Shown here: positions 32,700 through 42,926 of the stretch, piece after piece
Layout: the number at the start of each line of letters is the position of its first letter
Numbering within the stretch: the stretch's first letter is position 1
Source of the DNA: Alphaproteobacteria bacterium
Lineage (GTDB): Bacteria > Pseudomonadota > Alphaproteobacteria > UBA828
Direction of reading: 5' to 3'
Assembly: GCA_963422645.2 (NCBI GenBank)
Contig: CAXXVO010000012.1
Location: 32,001-96,000 of the forward strand
DNA length: 64,000 bases
The notes under the pieces: model-generated
The model's input: the letters and a program-made list of their open reading frames with translations, nothing else
Databases searched by the model: none
Told to the model about the DNA's origin: nothing
Program-made: the position numbers and the translations under genes

Positions 32700-32706
32700 G
32701 CGCGCG

Positions 32707-33792
32707 ATGACACACGCGCCGACCGCACACGAGGAGCGGCCCGCCCCCGGCGCAACCGCGTTGCTCCGCTGGGCCGTGCCGGTCGCGTCGGCGCTGCTGC
32801 CCATCGTGCTCGCGCTCGGCGTCGGCGCGCTGATCCTGCTGGTCCTCGGCGCCGACCCGGGCGCCTTCTATTACAACATCATCAAGCGCGGCCTCCTGAG
32901 CTGGATCGGGCTGCAGGACACGATCACCCGCTGCGCGCCGCTGCTGCTGCTGGGCGCGAGCCTGATCGTCGCTTTCCGTGCCGGTCTCTGGAACCTCGGT
33001 GTCGACGGGCAGTTCCTGCTGGCCGCGGTGATCTCCGCCGCGCTCGCGCCGGCGCTGGTCACGGTCCTGCCGATCTGGCTGGTGCTGCCGCTGGTGATGC
33101 TGGTGGCGATGGCCGTCGGTGCCCTCTGGTCGCTGCTGCCGGCTGTGCTCAAGGCCTATTACGGCGTCAACGAGATCGTCACCACGCTGATGATGAGTTT
33201 CCTGGGGATCAGCGCGGCGAACGTGCTCATCAAGCTTCCCTTCGACGACCCCACCACCACCGTGCCGCAGACCGAGACGCTGGCGACCGACGACCGCCTG
33301 CCGCGCCTCTTCGACAGCACGATCAACGTGGGCGTGATCGTCGGCCTTGCGGTGATCCTGTTCATCCACTGGCTGATGACGCAGACGTCGTTCGGCCTGC
33401 GTCTGCGGCTGGTGGGCGCGAACCCGCGCGCTGCGGTGCATGTGGGGCTGCCGCTCGGCGCGCTGATGGTCGCCGTGTTCGCGCTGAGCGCCGGCCTTGC
33501 CGGGCTCGCCGGCTCGGTCGAAATCCTCGGCGTCTGGGGCAACGTGCGGGCCGACTGGAACCCGGCCTATGGCCTGATGATCATCCCGCTGGTCTTCCTC
33601 GCCCGCTTCAACGGCATCGCCGTGATCGGCTTCGTCTTCTTCTTCGCCGTGCTCTCCATCGGCGGCGAGACAGCCTCGCGCAAGGCGGGGCTCCCCAACT
33701 ACTTCATCCTGGTACTGGTGGCGCTGATGCTGGTCTTCCTGGCGCTCACCGAATGGCTCGGCCACCGCCGCCAGATGGCGGCACGGGACTGA
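32707..33792 (+). CDS. ABC transporter permease (nucleoside type)
   Basis: FRAGLWNLGVDGQ, VNEIVTTLMM. Confidence 0.88.
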   Translation: MTHAPTAHEERPAPGATALLRWAVPVASALLPIVLALGVGALILLVLGADPGAFYYNIIKRGLLSWIGLQDTITRCAPLLLLGASLIVAFRAGLWNLGVDGQFLLAAVISAALAPALVTVLPIWLVLPLVMLVAMAVGALWSLLPAVLKAYYGVNEIVTTLMMSFLGISAANVLIKLPFDDPTTTVPQTETLATDDRLPRLFDSTINVGVIVGLAVILFIHWLMTQTSFGLRLRLVGANPRAAVHVGLPLGALMVAVFALSAGLAGLAGSVEILGVWGNVRADWNPAYGLMIIPLVFLARFNGIAVIGFVFFFAVLSIGGETASRKAGLPNYFILVLVALMLVFLALTEWLGHRRQMAARD

Positions 33793-33798
33793 GCGGCG

Positions 33799-34737
33799 AT
33801 GTCGCAGGGCCTGCTCAGCGACGCCTTCCTGATCTCGCTGATCGCGGGTGCGGTCGCGGCCGGCGTGCCGCTGCTGCTGGCCGGGCTCGGCGAGCAGGTC
33901 TCGGAGAAGGCCGGCGTGCTGAACATCGGCATCGAGGGGATGATGCTCTTCGGCGCCTACGCCGGCTTCGCCACCGCCTTCGGCACCAACTCGCTCTGGC
34001 TCGGATTCCTGGCGGGCGCCGCAGCCGGCCTCGTGATGGCGATGCTGATGGCCCTCTTCTGCGTGCGCTTAGGGCTAAACCAGATCGTGATCGGGATCGC
34101 GCTCACCCTCGGCGCGGACGGCATCACCGCCCTCCTCCACCACGTGCAGTTCAGCCGCACCTATCCACGCCTGCCGCGGGTCGAGACGGTGGACATTCCG
34201 GGACTCAGCGAGATTCCGATCGTCGGGCCGAGCCTCTTCGCCCGCCACCCCATGGTCTACATCGCGGTCATCCTGGTGCTGGTCCTCGCCTATCTCTTCC
34301 GCAACACCCATGTCGGGCTCAACCTGCAGGCGGCGGGTGACAAGCCCGATGCCCTCGACGCGGCCGGGATCAGCGTGACTGCGACCCGCACCTGGTCGGT
34401 GCTCTTCACCGGTGCGATGGCGGGGATGGGCGGCGCCTACATGGCGATGATCGGGGCCGGCATCTTCGTCCCCTTCATGACCGGCGGGGCGGGCTTCATC
34501 GCCATTGTGCTGGCGATGCTCGCGCGCGGGCGGCCGATCTGGGTGCTGATCGGCGCCCTCCTCTTCGGCGCGAGCCTCTCGCTCACCACCGCGCTGCAGG
34601 TCGGCGGCGTCAACGTGCCTACGGATGTGGTGCAGATGCTGCCCTTCCTCATGGTGATGATCGTGCTGGTGCTCTTCGCCCGGCGCGCGAGCCTGCCGGC
34701 CGCGCTCGGCCTGCCCTACGTGCGCGGGCAGCGTTAG
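33799..34737 (+). CDS. ABC transporter permease (nucleoside type)
   Basis: EKAGVLNIGIEGMML, MLPF, PAALGLPY. Confidence 0.88.
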   Translation: MSQGLLSDAFLISLIAGAVAAGVPLLLAGLGEQVSEKAGVLNIGIEGMMLFGAYAGFATAFGTNSLWLGFLAGAAAGLVMAMLMALFCVRLGLNQIVIGIALTLGADGITALLHHVQFSRTYPRLPRVETVDIPGLSEIPIVGPSLFARHPMVYIAVILVLVLAYLFRNTHVGLNLQAAGDKPDALDAAGISVTATRTWSVLFTGAMAGMGGAYMAMIGAGIFVPFMTGGAGFIAIVLAMLARGRPIWVLIGALLFGASLSLTTALQVGGVNVPTDVVQMLPFLMVMIVLVLFARRASLPAALGLPYVRGQR

Positions 34738-34763
34738 ACTGGAGGGATGCAGGGAGCGAGGCG

Positions 34764-35582
34764 ATGAAAGAGACGCGGGTCTTCATCCTGGACGGCGGCA
34801 CGCTGGTGATCGACGGCTTCCACATCTACTGGAACCGGGGTCCGGCGGGCGAGGTGCGCTTCCCGGTCTATAGCGTGCTGATCGACCATGCCGACGGGCT
34901 CTACCTCTTCGATACCGGCTTTGACTGCGACCACGTCAACGCCGTGCTGCCCTTCGAGAAGCCGATCCAGTCGGATAAACAGTCGCTGGTCGGCGCTCTC
35001 GCGCTCGCGGGCTACCGGCCCCAGGACATCGATTACGTCGTCAACTCGCACTATCACTTCGACCACTGCGGCGGGAACCGCCATCTGCGCGAGGCCTGCA
35101 CGGTCTGCCATGCGCTCGAGTTCGCCCAGTGCTCGGCTCCCGAGCCCTTCGAGCTGCTGGGCTATTCCGACATGCGCTTCCACGCGGACCTCTACCGCGA
35201 GCGCCTCAAGCGCGAAGGCCGGGAGGTGCCGGCCGACCCGGAGAGCGACATCTGGACCCCGCGTGTCGAGCTCGTGAGCGGCGATCAGGAGATCGCCAAG
35301 GGCCTGCACCTGATCGAGACGCCGGGGCATACCGCCGGGCACTACAGCCTGCTGGTCGAGCTCGCCGGGAGGCGGCCGATGCTCTTCACCGCCGATGACG
35401 CCTACACGCGCAAGGGATTGGAGCAGGAGATCATCCCGAGCTTCCACCTGGACCCGGTGAAGGCGGTCGCCTCGATGAAGCGGCTCAAGGACGTTGCGGT
35501 GGAACGGGATGCCGAGATCTTCGTCGGCCACGACGGCGAGGCCTTTGCCGGCTACGACACTGCGCCAGCCTGGTATAGCTAG
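34764..35582 (+). CDS. 4-pyridoxolactonase-like metallo-beta-lactamase-fold hydrolase
   Basis: HYHFDH motif; N-terminus LDGG.LV.DG.H..WNRGP.GEVRFPVYS and VLPFEKPIQ recall Mesorhizobium loti 4-pyridoxolactonase. Confidence 0.75.
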   Translation: MKETRVFILDGGTLVIDGFHIYWNRGPAGEVRFPVYSVLIDHADGLYLFDTGFDCDHVNAVLPFEKPIQSDKQSLVGALALAGYRPQDIDYVVNSHYHFDHCGGNRHLREACTVCHALEFAQCSAPEPFELLGYSDMRFHADLYRERLKREGREVPADPESDIWTPRVELVSGDQEIAKGLHLIETPGHTAGHYSLLVELAGRRPMLFTADDAYTRKGLEQEIIPSFHLDPVKAVASMKRLKDVAVERDAEIFVGHDGEAFAGYDTAPAWYS

Positions 35583-35606
35583 CCGGCAGGCGCGGGAGCA
35601 GCAGTC

Positions 35607-37396
35607 GTGATCCGCGCGCTGGTCGCAGAGCTGCAGGCCGACGCCCTCTCGGCCAAGCTTCCCGCTGCGCTCTCCACCGGACTCGTGGTGGCGGTGATCA
35701 TGCTGGTCTCGGAGGCCGCCATCGCCTCCATCATCTTCTCGGGGCCCCTCACTCCCTTCATCCCCCAGGGTACCGGCGCGATCCTCTTCGGCACGCTGGT
35801 GATGTGCCTCATCACGGCGCTCTCCAGCACCTACAAGGGCATCATCTCCGCCCCCCACTTCGCGCCCGCTGCGGTGCTGCTGACCATCGGCGGCACGGTC
35901 GCGGTCAGCCTCGCATCCGCCGGCGGCACGGCGGTGTTCGCGACGATGATCGTCATCCTGGGACTCACCACGGTGATCTCGGCGATCATCTTCCTGCTCA
36001 TCGGGCAGTTCCGGCTGGCCCATCTGTTCCGCTTCATGCCCTACCCCCTGGTGGGCGGATTCCTCGCGGGCATCGGCTGGTTCCTGGCCAAGAGCAGTGT
36101 CGCGGTGTCGTCCGGGATCAGGCTCGACTGGGAGACCTTTCCGCATCTGGCGGAGATCGACACGATCCAGAGGTGGGCGCCGAGCGTCCTCTACGGCTGC
36201 GTGCTGCTCGCCATCTCGAAGATCCGCGCGCACTACCTGATCCTGCCCGTTTCGGTGGTGATCGCCGTCGGGCTCTGCCACGCGGTGCTCTACGCGCTCG
36301 ACATTTCGCTCGCCGAGGCCACCGCAGCCGGCATCCTCTTCGTGGGCATTCCGGCCGAGTCCACCTGGCCACCCATCGGTCTCGGCGACCTCACGCATGT
36401 GGACTGGGGGGTGGTGGGATCCCAGCTACCGCTCATCCTGGGCGCCATGCTGGTTGCGCTGATCGGTGTCGTCCTGCATGCGGGCGCCATCGAGCTCGTG
36501 ACCGGCGTTGAGATCGACCTGAACCGGGAGTTCCGGGCCGAAGGCGCCTCGTGCCTGGTGGCCGGCATCGGCGGCAGCGCGCCGGGCTGCAACACCTCGC
36601 CCGTCTCCCTCATCAGCCACGCGACCCGGGCCGACACGCGGCTTACGGGCGTGGTCGTGGCCCTCATCGTCGGCCTGATCCTCTTCGTGGGCGGCGAGGT
36701 GCTGGCGATCCTGCCCACGCCGATGCTGGGCGGCCTGGTGCTCTTCGTCGGGCTCAACCTGCTCTACGACTGGCTGGTCACGAACCGCAGGACCCTGCCC
36801 TGGCTGGACTACGGCACCGTTCTCGTCGTCTCCCTCATCATCGGCATCTTCGGGTTCCTGGAAGGCGTGGCGGTGGGGATGGCGGCGGCCGTGATCTTCT
36901 TCGTGATGCGCTTCAGCAAGGTGAGTGTCATCGACGCCGCGTTCACCGGACGCGAGTTGCGGAGCAAGAAGACCCGCTCCGTCACCCATCGCGCCATCCT
37001 GCGGAACCAGGGCGAGCGCCTGCGCGTCCTGCGGCTGCGCGGCTACATCATCTTCGGCAACGCCGCCGCCATCGGCGGCTGGATCAAGCAGGCGCTCAAG
37101 GACGACCCGCCGCCGCACTGCCTGCTGCTGGACTTCGCCGCGGTCTCGGGCTTCGACAGCTCCGCCGCGAACGTCATGAGCCGCGCGATCCGCGCCGCGC
37201 ATGGACGGGGGACCCGCGTGGTGCTCAGCGCGGCTCCAGCGCACGTGCGCACCATTCTGCAGCGCGGGCTGCCGCGCCCCCTGTGGCAGGCGCTGATCGT
37301 GGAAGAGGATCTCGACCGCGCCCTGGAGCGCTGCGAGGACCAGGTCATCGCCGAATGGGACCGGCTCCACGGCGACTCCGACGCAGCGCGCGCGGC
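35607..37396 (+). pseudogene. SulP-family anion transporter with STAS domain, 5' part (split by Mu-like element B)
   Basis: FRFMPYPLVGGFLAGIGW, LRLRGYIIFG, DLDRALERCED; continues in frame at 42335 once the insertion is removed. Confidence 0.88.
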
Positions 37397-37666
37397 TGTA
37401 GGGGGACGAAAGTCATTGCGAATCCGGAAGATGCCGGGAAGAAGGCGGAAGAAGGCGGACGGTCAAGGGGTTGGCGGCGTTTCCGGGGTCTGGCGGGCCG
37501 GACGAAAGTCTTTGCGAATCCGGCCCGGAAAGGGCCGTGAATTGGCTGGAAACGGTGATTTTCGGGGCGTTTCAGGGGTGCTGAAAGGCCTGTAAATCGG
37601 GGCGGTTCCGGGGGTGCGGATTCGCCGGCAAATCCCGGTGCGGCGCGGTGCTTCGCCTCGCCCGGT

Positions 37667-38605
37667 CTACGATGCCGGCGTTGTCCCCGCGCCGGCCTCC
37701 TTCCCTTCGAGATCGGCGCGCCGCGGGTCGCGTGCGATCTCCTCGTCGGAGAAGGGCTTTCGCCCGGGGTTCCCGACCTCCCAGCTTTCCATCCATGGCA
37801 GCGACTGGCATCCGCAGTTGATCGTCTCGGCGGCGGGTCCGGCGGGATCGCGGGGGTACATGAGCGTGGCGCCGCCGACGTCGAAGGGCCTGGCGGCTTC
37901 CCTGGTCTGTCCGTCGACGGCGTCGTGGGCGATGCGGCTTCTGAGCTTTCCGGAGCGTCGCCACTGCTTCCTCAGCCCCGGCAGGATCCCGGCGGCCTGC
38001 TCCATGCGCTGCTGTCCGGCCATGGAGTATGCGCGGCCGAGCTCGGTCCGCACGATTGTCAGGGCGCGGGACCTGCCGCCGGTCTTGAGGATGGCGGCGA
38101 CGCGTCCGGTGGTCTCGCCGACGGGGACCGAGCCGGTCATGGCGAGGCCGAGCTGGGTGTTGACGCGGTCTGCGAGGGCGGCGGTGACGCCCTTCATCTT
38201 GTCGGTGAGGAAGGATCGCATGGCGAGGAGCTGGCGGGTGTCGACCCGGGGCAGGACGGCGGCGATGCGGAAGTCGGGGGCATCGAGGCGCATGGCGGCG
38301 TCGACGGGGGCGTCCACGGTATCGATGCCGGCGTCCCAGGCGCGGGTTGCGCCCTCGGCCATGGCCTGCCCGGCGTCTGCGCCGAGGCTGTCGAGGGCGT
38401 CCCGGACGGAGGCCTGGAGGGATGGCAGCGCCCATGCCTGGTAATCGGAGGGCGCGCCGGCGAGGGTGGCCCGGATGTCGCGCTCGGCGCGCCCGAGGAT
38501 GCGGCCGACCTCGGCGGCGGTGTCCTTCTGGATGCGGGGCAGGGCGCGGGCGCGGCGGGATCGCTCGCCCTTGAGCCTGCGCTCGCGCTGACGGTCGGTA
38601 GCCAC
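37667..38605 (-). CDS. Phage minor head protein (MuF/gp7-like), no toxin extension
   Basis: RALTIVRTELGRA, KQWRRSG..R..H..VDGQ, LMYPRDP.GPAAETINCGC. Confidence 0.82.
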   Translation of the reverse strand: MATDRQRERRLKGERSRRARALPRIQKDTAAEVGRILGRAERDIRATLAGAPSDYQAWALPSLQASVRDALDSLGADAGQAMAEGATRAWDAGIDTVDAPVDAAMRLDAPDFRIAAVLPRVDTRQLLAMRSFLTDKMKGVTAALADRVNTQLGLAMTGSVPVGETTGRVAAILKTGGRSRALTIVRTELGRAYSMAGQQRMEQAAGILPGLRKQWRRSGKLRSRIAHDAVDGQTREAARPFDVGGATLMYPRDPAGPAAETINCGCQSLPWMESWEVGNPGRKPFSDEEIARDPRRADLEGKEAGAGTTPAS

Positions 38606-38608
38606 GTG

Positions 38609-38742
38609 CTACGCCTCGCCGTCGTCGGCGTCCTCGTCCTGCGGGGGCTCGCGGAAGGCGTCTTCTTCGGCCCGTCCGGCGGCGTCTTCGCGCGCCGCCT
38701 CGAGTTCGGCGTCGGCGTCGATCTCGACGCCGAGGCGCCCGG
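38609..38742 (-). pseudogene. Acidic C-terminal fragment of the gene upstream of MuF (probable portal), cut by the transposon
   Basis: ..GRLGVEIDADAELEAAREDAAGRAEEDAF..; portal identity inferred from position only. Confidence 0.4.
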
Positions 38743-38892
38743 TGAGCGCGCGCGGTCTTTCAGCGGGGATCGGGGCCTGATCCGCTCGGATTTGTTGAGG
38801 TTTTGGGGCGGGTGCCCCTCGGCGAACTTGCAAGAAGTTCGCCGGGGGGCTTTGTCTCGTGGTGACGGTCACAATCGCCAGAGACGGCCCCA

Positions 38893-39510
38893 ATGTCGCA
38901 CAACATTTTCCGCCACTCCATGCTTTGCAACGCCCTGGTCTGGGCCTGGCTGCGCGAGGTCGATGAGGCCGAGGCGGCGCGCTGCCGCGAGGCGGGCTGC
39001 CGACACTGCCCCGGCAAGCTGCACAGCGCGACGTATCCGCGCAAGCCGTACGGTCTGGCAGCCGAGTTGAGGGAAGAGGGCACGCGGCGGTTCAGCTTCT
39101 GCTGCGCGGATTGCCGCCTGCGAGCGACCCCACCATCGGTACGATTCTTCGGGCGCCGCTTTTATCTGGGCGCCCTGTTCGTTCTGTTGAGTGCACTGGT
39201 TCTGAGAGGCGGGGTGCGGTTGCAGACGATCAAGCGGAAGTGGGGGGTCTCGGTCGCCACACTGCGCCGCTGGCGGAAGTGGTGGCTGGAGGCGTTCCCG
39301 GCGACGGAGCCCTGGGGAGCGAAGCGTGGCGAACTGGTGATGCCACCCGAGGAGGTGCCGCTGCTCTTCGTGCTGCGGCAGATGCGGGGCGGACGCTTCG
39401 GTGAGCGTCTGTTCCTGAGCCTGATCTGGTTCAAGCCGTGGACGGGCTATTGCGGGCTCGGCGATGGCTCGGCGCCGCCCGCAGAAAGTGTTCCTGTCAC
39501 GCCCGGATAG
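38893..39510 (+). CDS. Zn-finger/HTH accessory protein of the transposon
   Basis: Identical to 14128..14745. Confidence 0.7.
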   Translation: MSHNIFRHSMLCNALVWAWLREVDEAEAARCREAGCRHCPGKLHSATYPRKPYGLAAELREEGTRRFSFCCADCRLRATPPSVRFFGRRFYLGALFVLLSALVLRGGVRLQTIKRKWGVSVATLRRWRKWWLEAFPATEPWGAKRGELVMPPEEVPLLFVLRQMRGGRFGERLFLSLIWFKPWTGYCGLGDGSAPPAESVPVTPG

Positions 39511-39559
39511 GGCGTTCTACATGGGCATCTCTCCGATGCGGCGAGGGAGGGATGCCGGA

Positions 39560-41035
39560 ATGGACAAGGACGACGCGGGCGCCAGGCGCGAGAAGTGGGC
39601 CCGGCTGCGCTTTGCGGTGGTGGGGCCGCTTCTGGCTTCACCGCCGCCTGCAGGCCAGCTGGGGGCCGAGTTCGAGCGTCTGTCGCAGCGCGACTGGGAG
39701 CACCCGTCGGGCAAGGGGCCGGTGCGCTTTGCGGCCTCGACGATCGAGCGCTGGTACTACCGGGCGCGGGCAGAGGAGCAGGACCCGGTCAAGGCGCTGC
39801 GCCGGAAGCCTCGGACCGACGTCGGCCGCGAGCGGTCCATGTCGGCGGGGCTGATCGCGGCGCTGCGCGAGCAGTACCGGGTCCATCCCTCGTGGGCGGC
39901 GCAGCTCCACTACGAGACCCTCAAGGCTCATGTTGCGACCCATCCCGAGCTCGGCCCGATGCCGTCCTACGCGACGCTGACGCGGGCGATGCGCAATCGC
40001 GGCCTGGTGCGCGAGCGCCCCAGGAAGTGGCACGAGGGTGAGGACAAGCCGGCGGTCGAAGCCCGCGAGGTCCTTAGCTACGAGGTGTCTCGCAGTCACG
40101 CGCTGTGGCACGGGGACTTCCACCACGGCAAGCGCCGCGTGCTGACGGCGTCGGGCGAATGGCAGACGCCCATCCTGCTCGGCTTCCTCGACGACCACTC
40201 CAGGCTTGGCTGCCACCTGCAGTGGTACCTGGAGGAGACCGCCGAGGTCTTCGTCCACGGGCTCTGTCAGGCCTTCATGAAGAGGGACTTGCCCAGGTCC
40301 CTGCTGACCGACAACGGCGGGCCGATGACGGCGGGCGAGGTCGAGGAGGGCTTGCACCGCCTCGGCATCGTGGGGGCCACGACACTCGCTTACAGCCCCC
40401 ATCAAAATGGAAAAATCGAGTCGTTCTGGGGCACGGTCGAGGGCCGCCTGATGGCTCAGCTCGAAGGCGTCGACGCGCTCACCCTGAAGATGCTCAACGA
40501 CGCCACCATAGCCTGGCTGGAGCAGGACTACCATCGGCGGGTGCACCGCGAGCTCGGCATGACGCCGCATGAACGCCTCGCCGGGAGCGTCAAGGCATCG
40601 AGGCCCTGCCCCGCCTCGGACGAGCTCAAGGCGGCCTTCCGCATCGCCAGGAAGCGCACGCTCAGGCGCTCGGACGGCACCGTCTCGGTCGAGGGCATCC
40701 GCTACCAGGTGCCACAGCCGTGGCGCCACCTGAGGACGCTCTGGGTCCGCTATGCGCGCTGGGACCTCAGCGGCGTCGATCTGGTGGAAGGCCGAAGCGG
40801 CGAGCGGCTGTGCACGCTGTACCCCCTCGACAAGCGCGGCAACGCCGATGGCGTCCGCCGTCCTGCGAGACCCGGCAGCGACCATGGCGGCGCCAGCGCG
40901 GGCGTCGGCGAACTTCCGCCGCTGCTCAAGGGCGTGCTCGACGCCCAGGCCGCAACAGGCCTGCCGCCGGCCTGGGTACCCCATAACAAGACGCCCGGTC
41001 CGGGCGAGGACGACGATCAGGGAGATCCGTCATGA
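39560..41035 (+). CDS. DDE transposase (rve/Mu-like), intact
   Basis: N-terminal HTH (STIERWYY), WHGD..DDHSR..TDNG..GKIE; RBS GAGGGAGG. Confidence 0.9.
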   Translation: MDKDDAGARREKWARLRFAVVGPLLASPPPAGQLGAEFERLSQRDWEHPSGKGPVRFAASTIERWYYRARAEEQDPVKALRRKPRTDVGRERSMSAGLIAALREQYRVHPSWAAQLHYETLKAHVATHPELGPMPSYATLTRAMRNRGLVRERPRKWHEGEDKPAVEAREVLSYEVSRSHALWHGDFHHGKRRVLTASGEWQTPILLGFLDDHSRLGCHLQWYLEETAEVFVHGLCQAFMKRDLPRSLLTDNGGPMTAGEVEEGLHRLGIVGATTLAYSPHQNGKIESFWGTVEGRLMAQLEGVDALTLKMLNDATIAWLEQDYHRRVHRELGMTPHERLAGSVKASRPCPASDELKAAFRIARKRTLRRSDGTVSVEGIRYQVPQPWRHLRTLWVRYARWDLSGVDLVEGRSGERLCTLYPLDKRGNADGVRRPARPGSDHGGASAGVGELPPLLKGVLDAQAATGLPPAWVPHNKTPGPGEDDDQGDPS

Positions 41036-41568
41036 ACCGCGAGCTGCTCACCTTCTACGGGCTCAAATGGAACCCCTTCGCCACCGACCTTCCGGTCGAC
41101 AGCCTCATGGTGAGCCCCGCCGTCGACAGCTTCTGCCTCAGAATCGAGCATCATCTTGTGCGCCAGGGCGGCTTCGCGTTGATCGCCGGCGAGCCCGGCA
41201 CCGGAAAGAGCGTGGCGTTGCGCGTGCTCGCCGACCGCCTCGGCCGCTCGGACGGGCTCAGGGTCTGTGCCATCACCCACCCCTCTTCCAGGCTGTCCGA
41301 CTTCTACCGCGAGATCGGCGGGATGTTCGGCGTCGACCTGATGTACAACAACCGCTGGGCCAGCTTCAAAAACCTGCGCGAGCGATGGCTCACCCATGTC
41401 GACGACACCCGCATGCGGCCCGTGGTGCTCATCGACGAGGCCCAGGAGCTGCTGCCCTCGGTGATCTCCGAGATCCGCCTGCTGGCGTCCACCGACTTCG
41501 ACTCGCGCGCCATCCTCTCGGTCGTCTTCGCCGGCGACAGCCGCCTGATCGACAGGCTCCGCCAGCCC
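41032..41568 (+). pseudogene. ExeA-like AAA ATPase, truncated
   Basis: Identical to 11772..12605 up to RLRQP, then unrelated sequence. Confidence 0.85.
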
Positions 41569-42157
41569 CACATTCGGCCCCTGGGGCCTCGACCGGTACG
41601 CAACCCACGCCGACGAGGCCGAGCGCCACCGCGCCGACCGGGTGATGCTCGGCATCACCTCGTGGGACACCGCCGACGACATGCACCGCATGTACTGGTA
41701 TCCCGTCTACCGCGCGCGCACCGCCGTCCCCATGGAACTCCCCTTCTTCCCCGGCTGGGAGGACGGCGCGCAGTGGCCGCCGTCGCGGGACGACCCCTTC
41801 GGACCCGTCGCCGGGCGCTTCGCGCTCCAGGCCCTGCTCCCGCCCGGGCTGGAGGCGCTCACCTACCGGTGCACCGCCGCGGCAGAGCCCTGCGGACGCT
41901 GCCCCAGATGCCGCCTCAACGCCTTCTTCGAGCGCTTCTGCCGGGGACGCCCGGCGGACCAGGTCGCCCGCATCGACGACGCCCTCGAACGACACCGCGG
42001 CGCAGGCCGATGGTACGCCGACGCCGACCCCGGAAGATGGACCGGTCACGACGGATACGACGCCGCAGAACGCGCCGTCGAAGACCCCGAATGGTGGAAG
42101 GCCGAACTCGAACGCCCGTGCCGCCCCGGCGCCCGCCCCGGTCCCGACCGCGCCTGA
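41569..42157 (+). pseudogene. C-terminal fragment of a phage protein with a QueC-like Zn motif
   Basis: Frame of ORF 41642..42157 is open back to the junction; TYRC-x5-PCGRCPRC resembles the QueC/ExsB C-terminal Cys motif. Confidence 0.4.
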
Positions 42158-42334
42158 AACCCTCACGCACCGCCCGTGCACGGGCCCTGAACCCCCCGCG
42201 CAGCGCTCCTTCACGGCCCATGCACAGGCCGGTTTTTCCAGCCCGATTCAGCCCCGAAAACCAGACGATTTTCCAGGCCATTCGCAAAGACTTCCGGCCG
42301 CGATTCGCAAAGACTTTCGTCCGGCTACAGCGGC

Positions 42335-42743
42335 GCTCTTCGGGCTCTCCATCGACCGTGCGATGCAGGAGGTCGAGAGGCTGGCCCGATTCGAGGAATT
42401 GACTGAGCGTCTCGATCCCTGGCTGGAGGCGCGCGCCTTCGAGGCCGACGCAACCATCGTGACGCAGGGCGAGGAGCAGGAAGGCATGCTGCTCGTGACC
42501 GAGGGCAGAGCGATCGCGCGCGAGGGCGACACCGGCGCACGGATGGCCGAGCTCGGACCCGGCGATGCGCTTGCCGCCGAAGCGGCGTTCGTCCCTTACG
42601 TGCCGCAGGTCTCGGTGGTGGCGGCGACGCCCTGCCGCGCCGCCCTGATGACGCCAGCCGCCCGCCGCGCGTTGGAGCGCGACGACCTCGCACTCGCCGT
42701 CGAGCTGGACAGGTACCTGATCGAGACGATCTCGGCGCATTAG
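42335..42743 (+). pseudogene. SulP 3' part with cNMP-binding domain
   Basis: IVTQGE..GMLLVTEG..ELGPGDAL cNMP motif; rejoins 35607..37396 as DAARAALFGLSIDRAMQ. Confidence 0.85.
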
Positions 42744-42873
42744 AGCGCGTCCGTCTTTGACGGATGCGGGACAGCACTTGCGTTCTGCATGTTTTGAGAC
42801 GGCAATCGTCCGACGGTTGGGTGTGCCGGCGCGCGACCGTCGAGAGGCGTGCGCGGCGGCGCACTACAGTCAA

Positions 42874-42926
42874 CCCCGCAACATGGTGCGGTGGAGGGCG
42901 CGGGGCTGCCGCGTCAGCATCGCGGC
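42874..42926 (+). promoter_or_regulatory. Dyad plus leaderless promoter-like motif upstream of the gp27-like gene
   Basis: CCGCA-ACATGG-TGCGG dyad; CAGCAT 6 nt before ATG; no SD; repeated with identical spacing at 61555-61610. Confidence 0.55.

Larger units (their letters stand above)
38743..41568 (+). mobile_element. Copy 2 of the DDE transposon, right part deleted
   Basis: Reverse-complement match to about 12069-14895; starts TGAGCGCGCGCGGTCTTTCAG; identity stops inside the ATPase at CGCCAGCCC. Confidence 0.9.
37397..42329. mobile_element. Internally deleted Mu-like transposable prophage/element B
   Basis: TGTA...TACA termini; repeated GGACGAAAGTCTTTGCGAAT-like sites at both ends; 5-bp TSD GCGGC (37392-37396 / 42330-42334); phage head genes inside. 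Confidence 0.88.

Noticed and set aside
41032-42402. 456-aa ATPase fusion protein
   Set aside because: Readthrough across a deletion junction into Arg/Pro-rich out-of-frame sequence.
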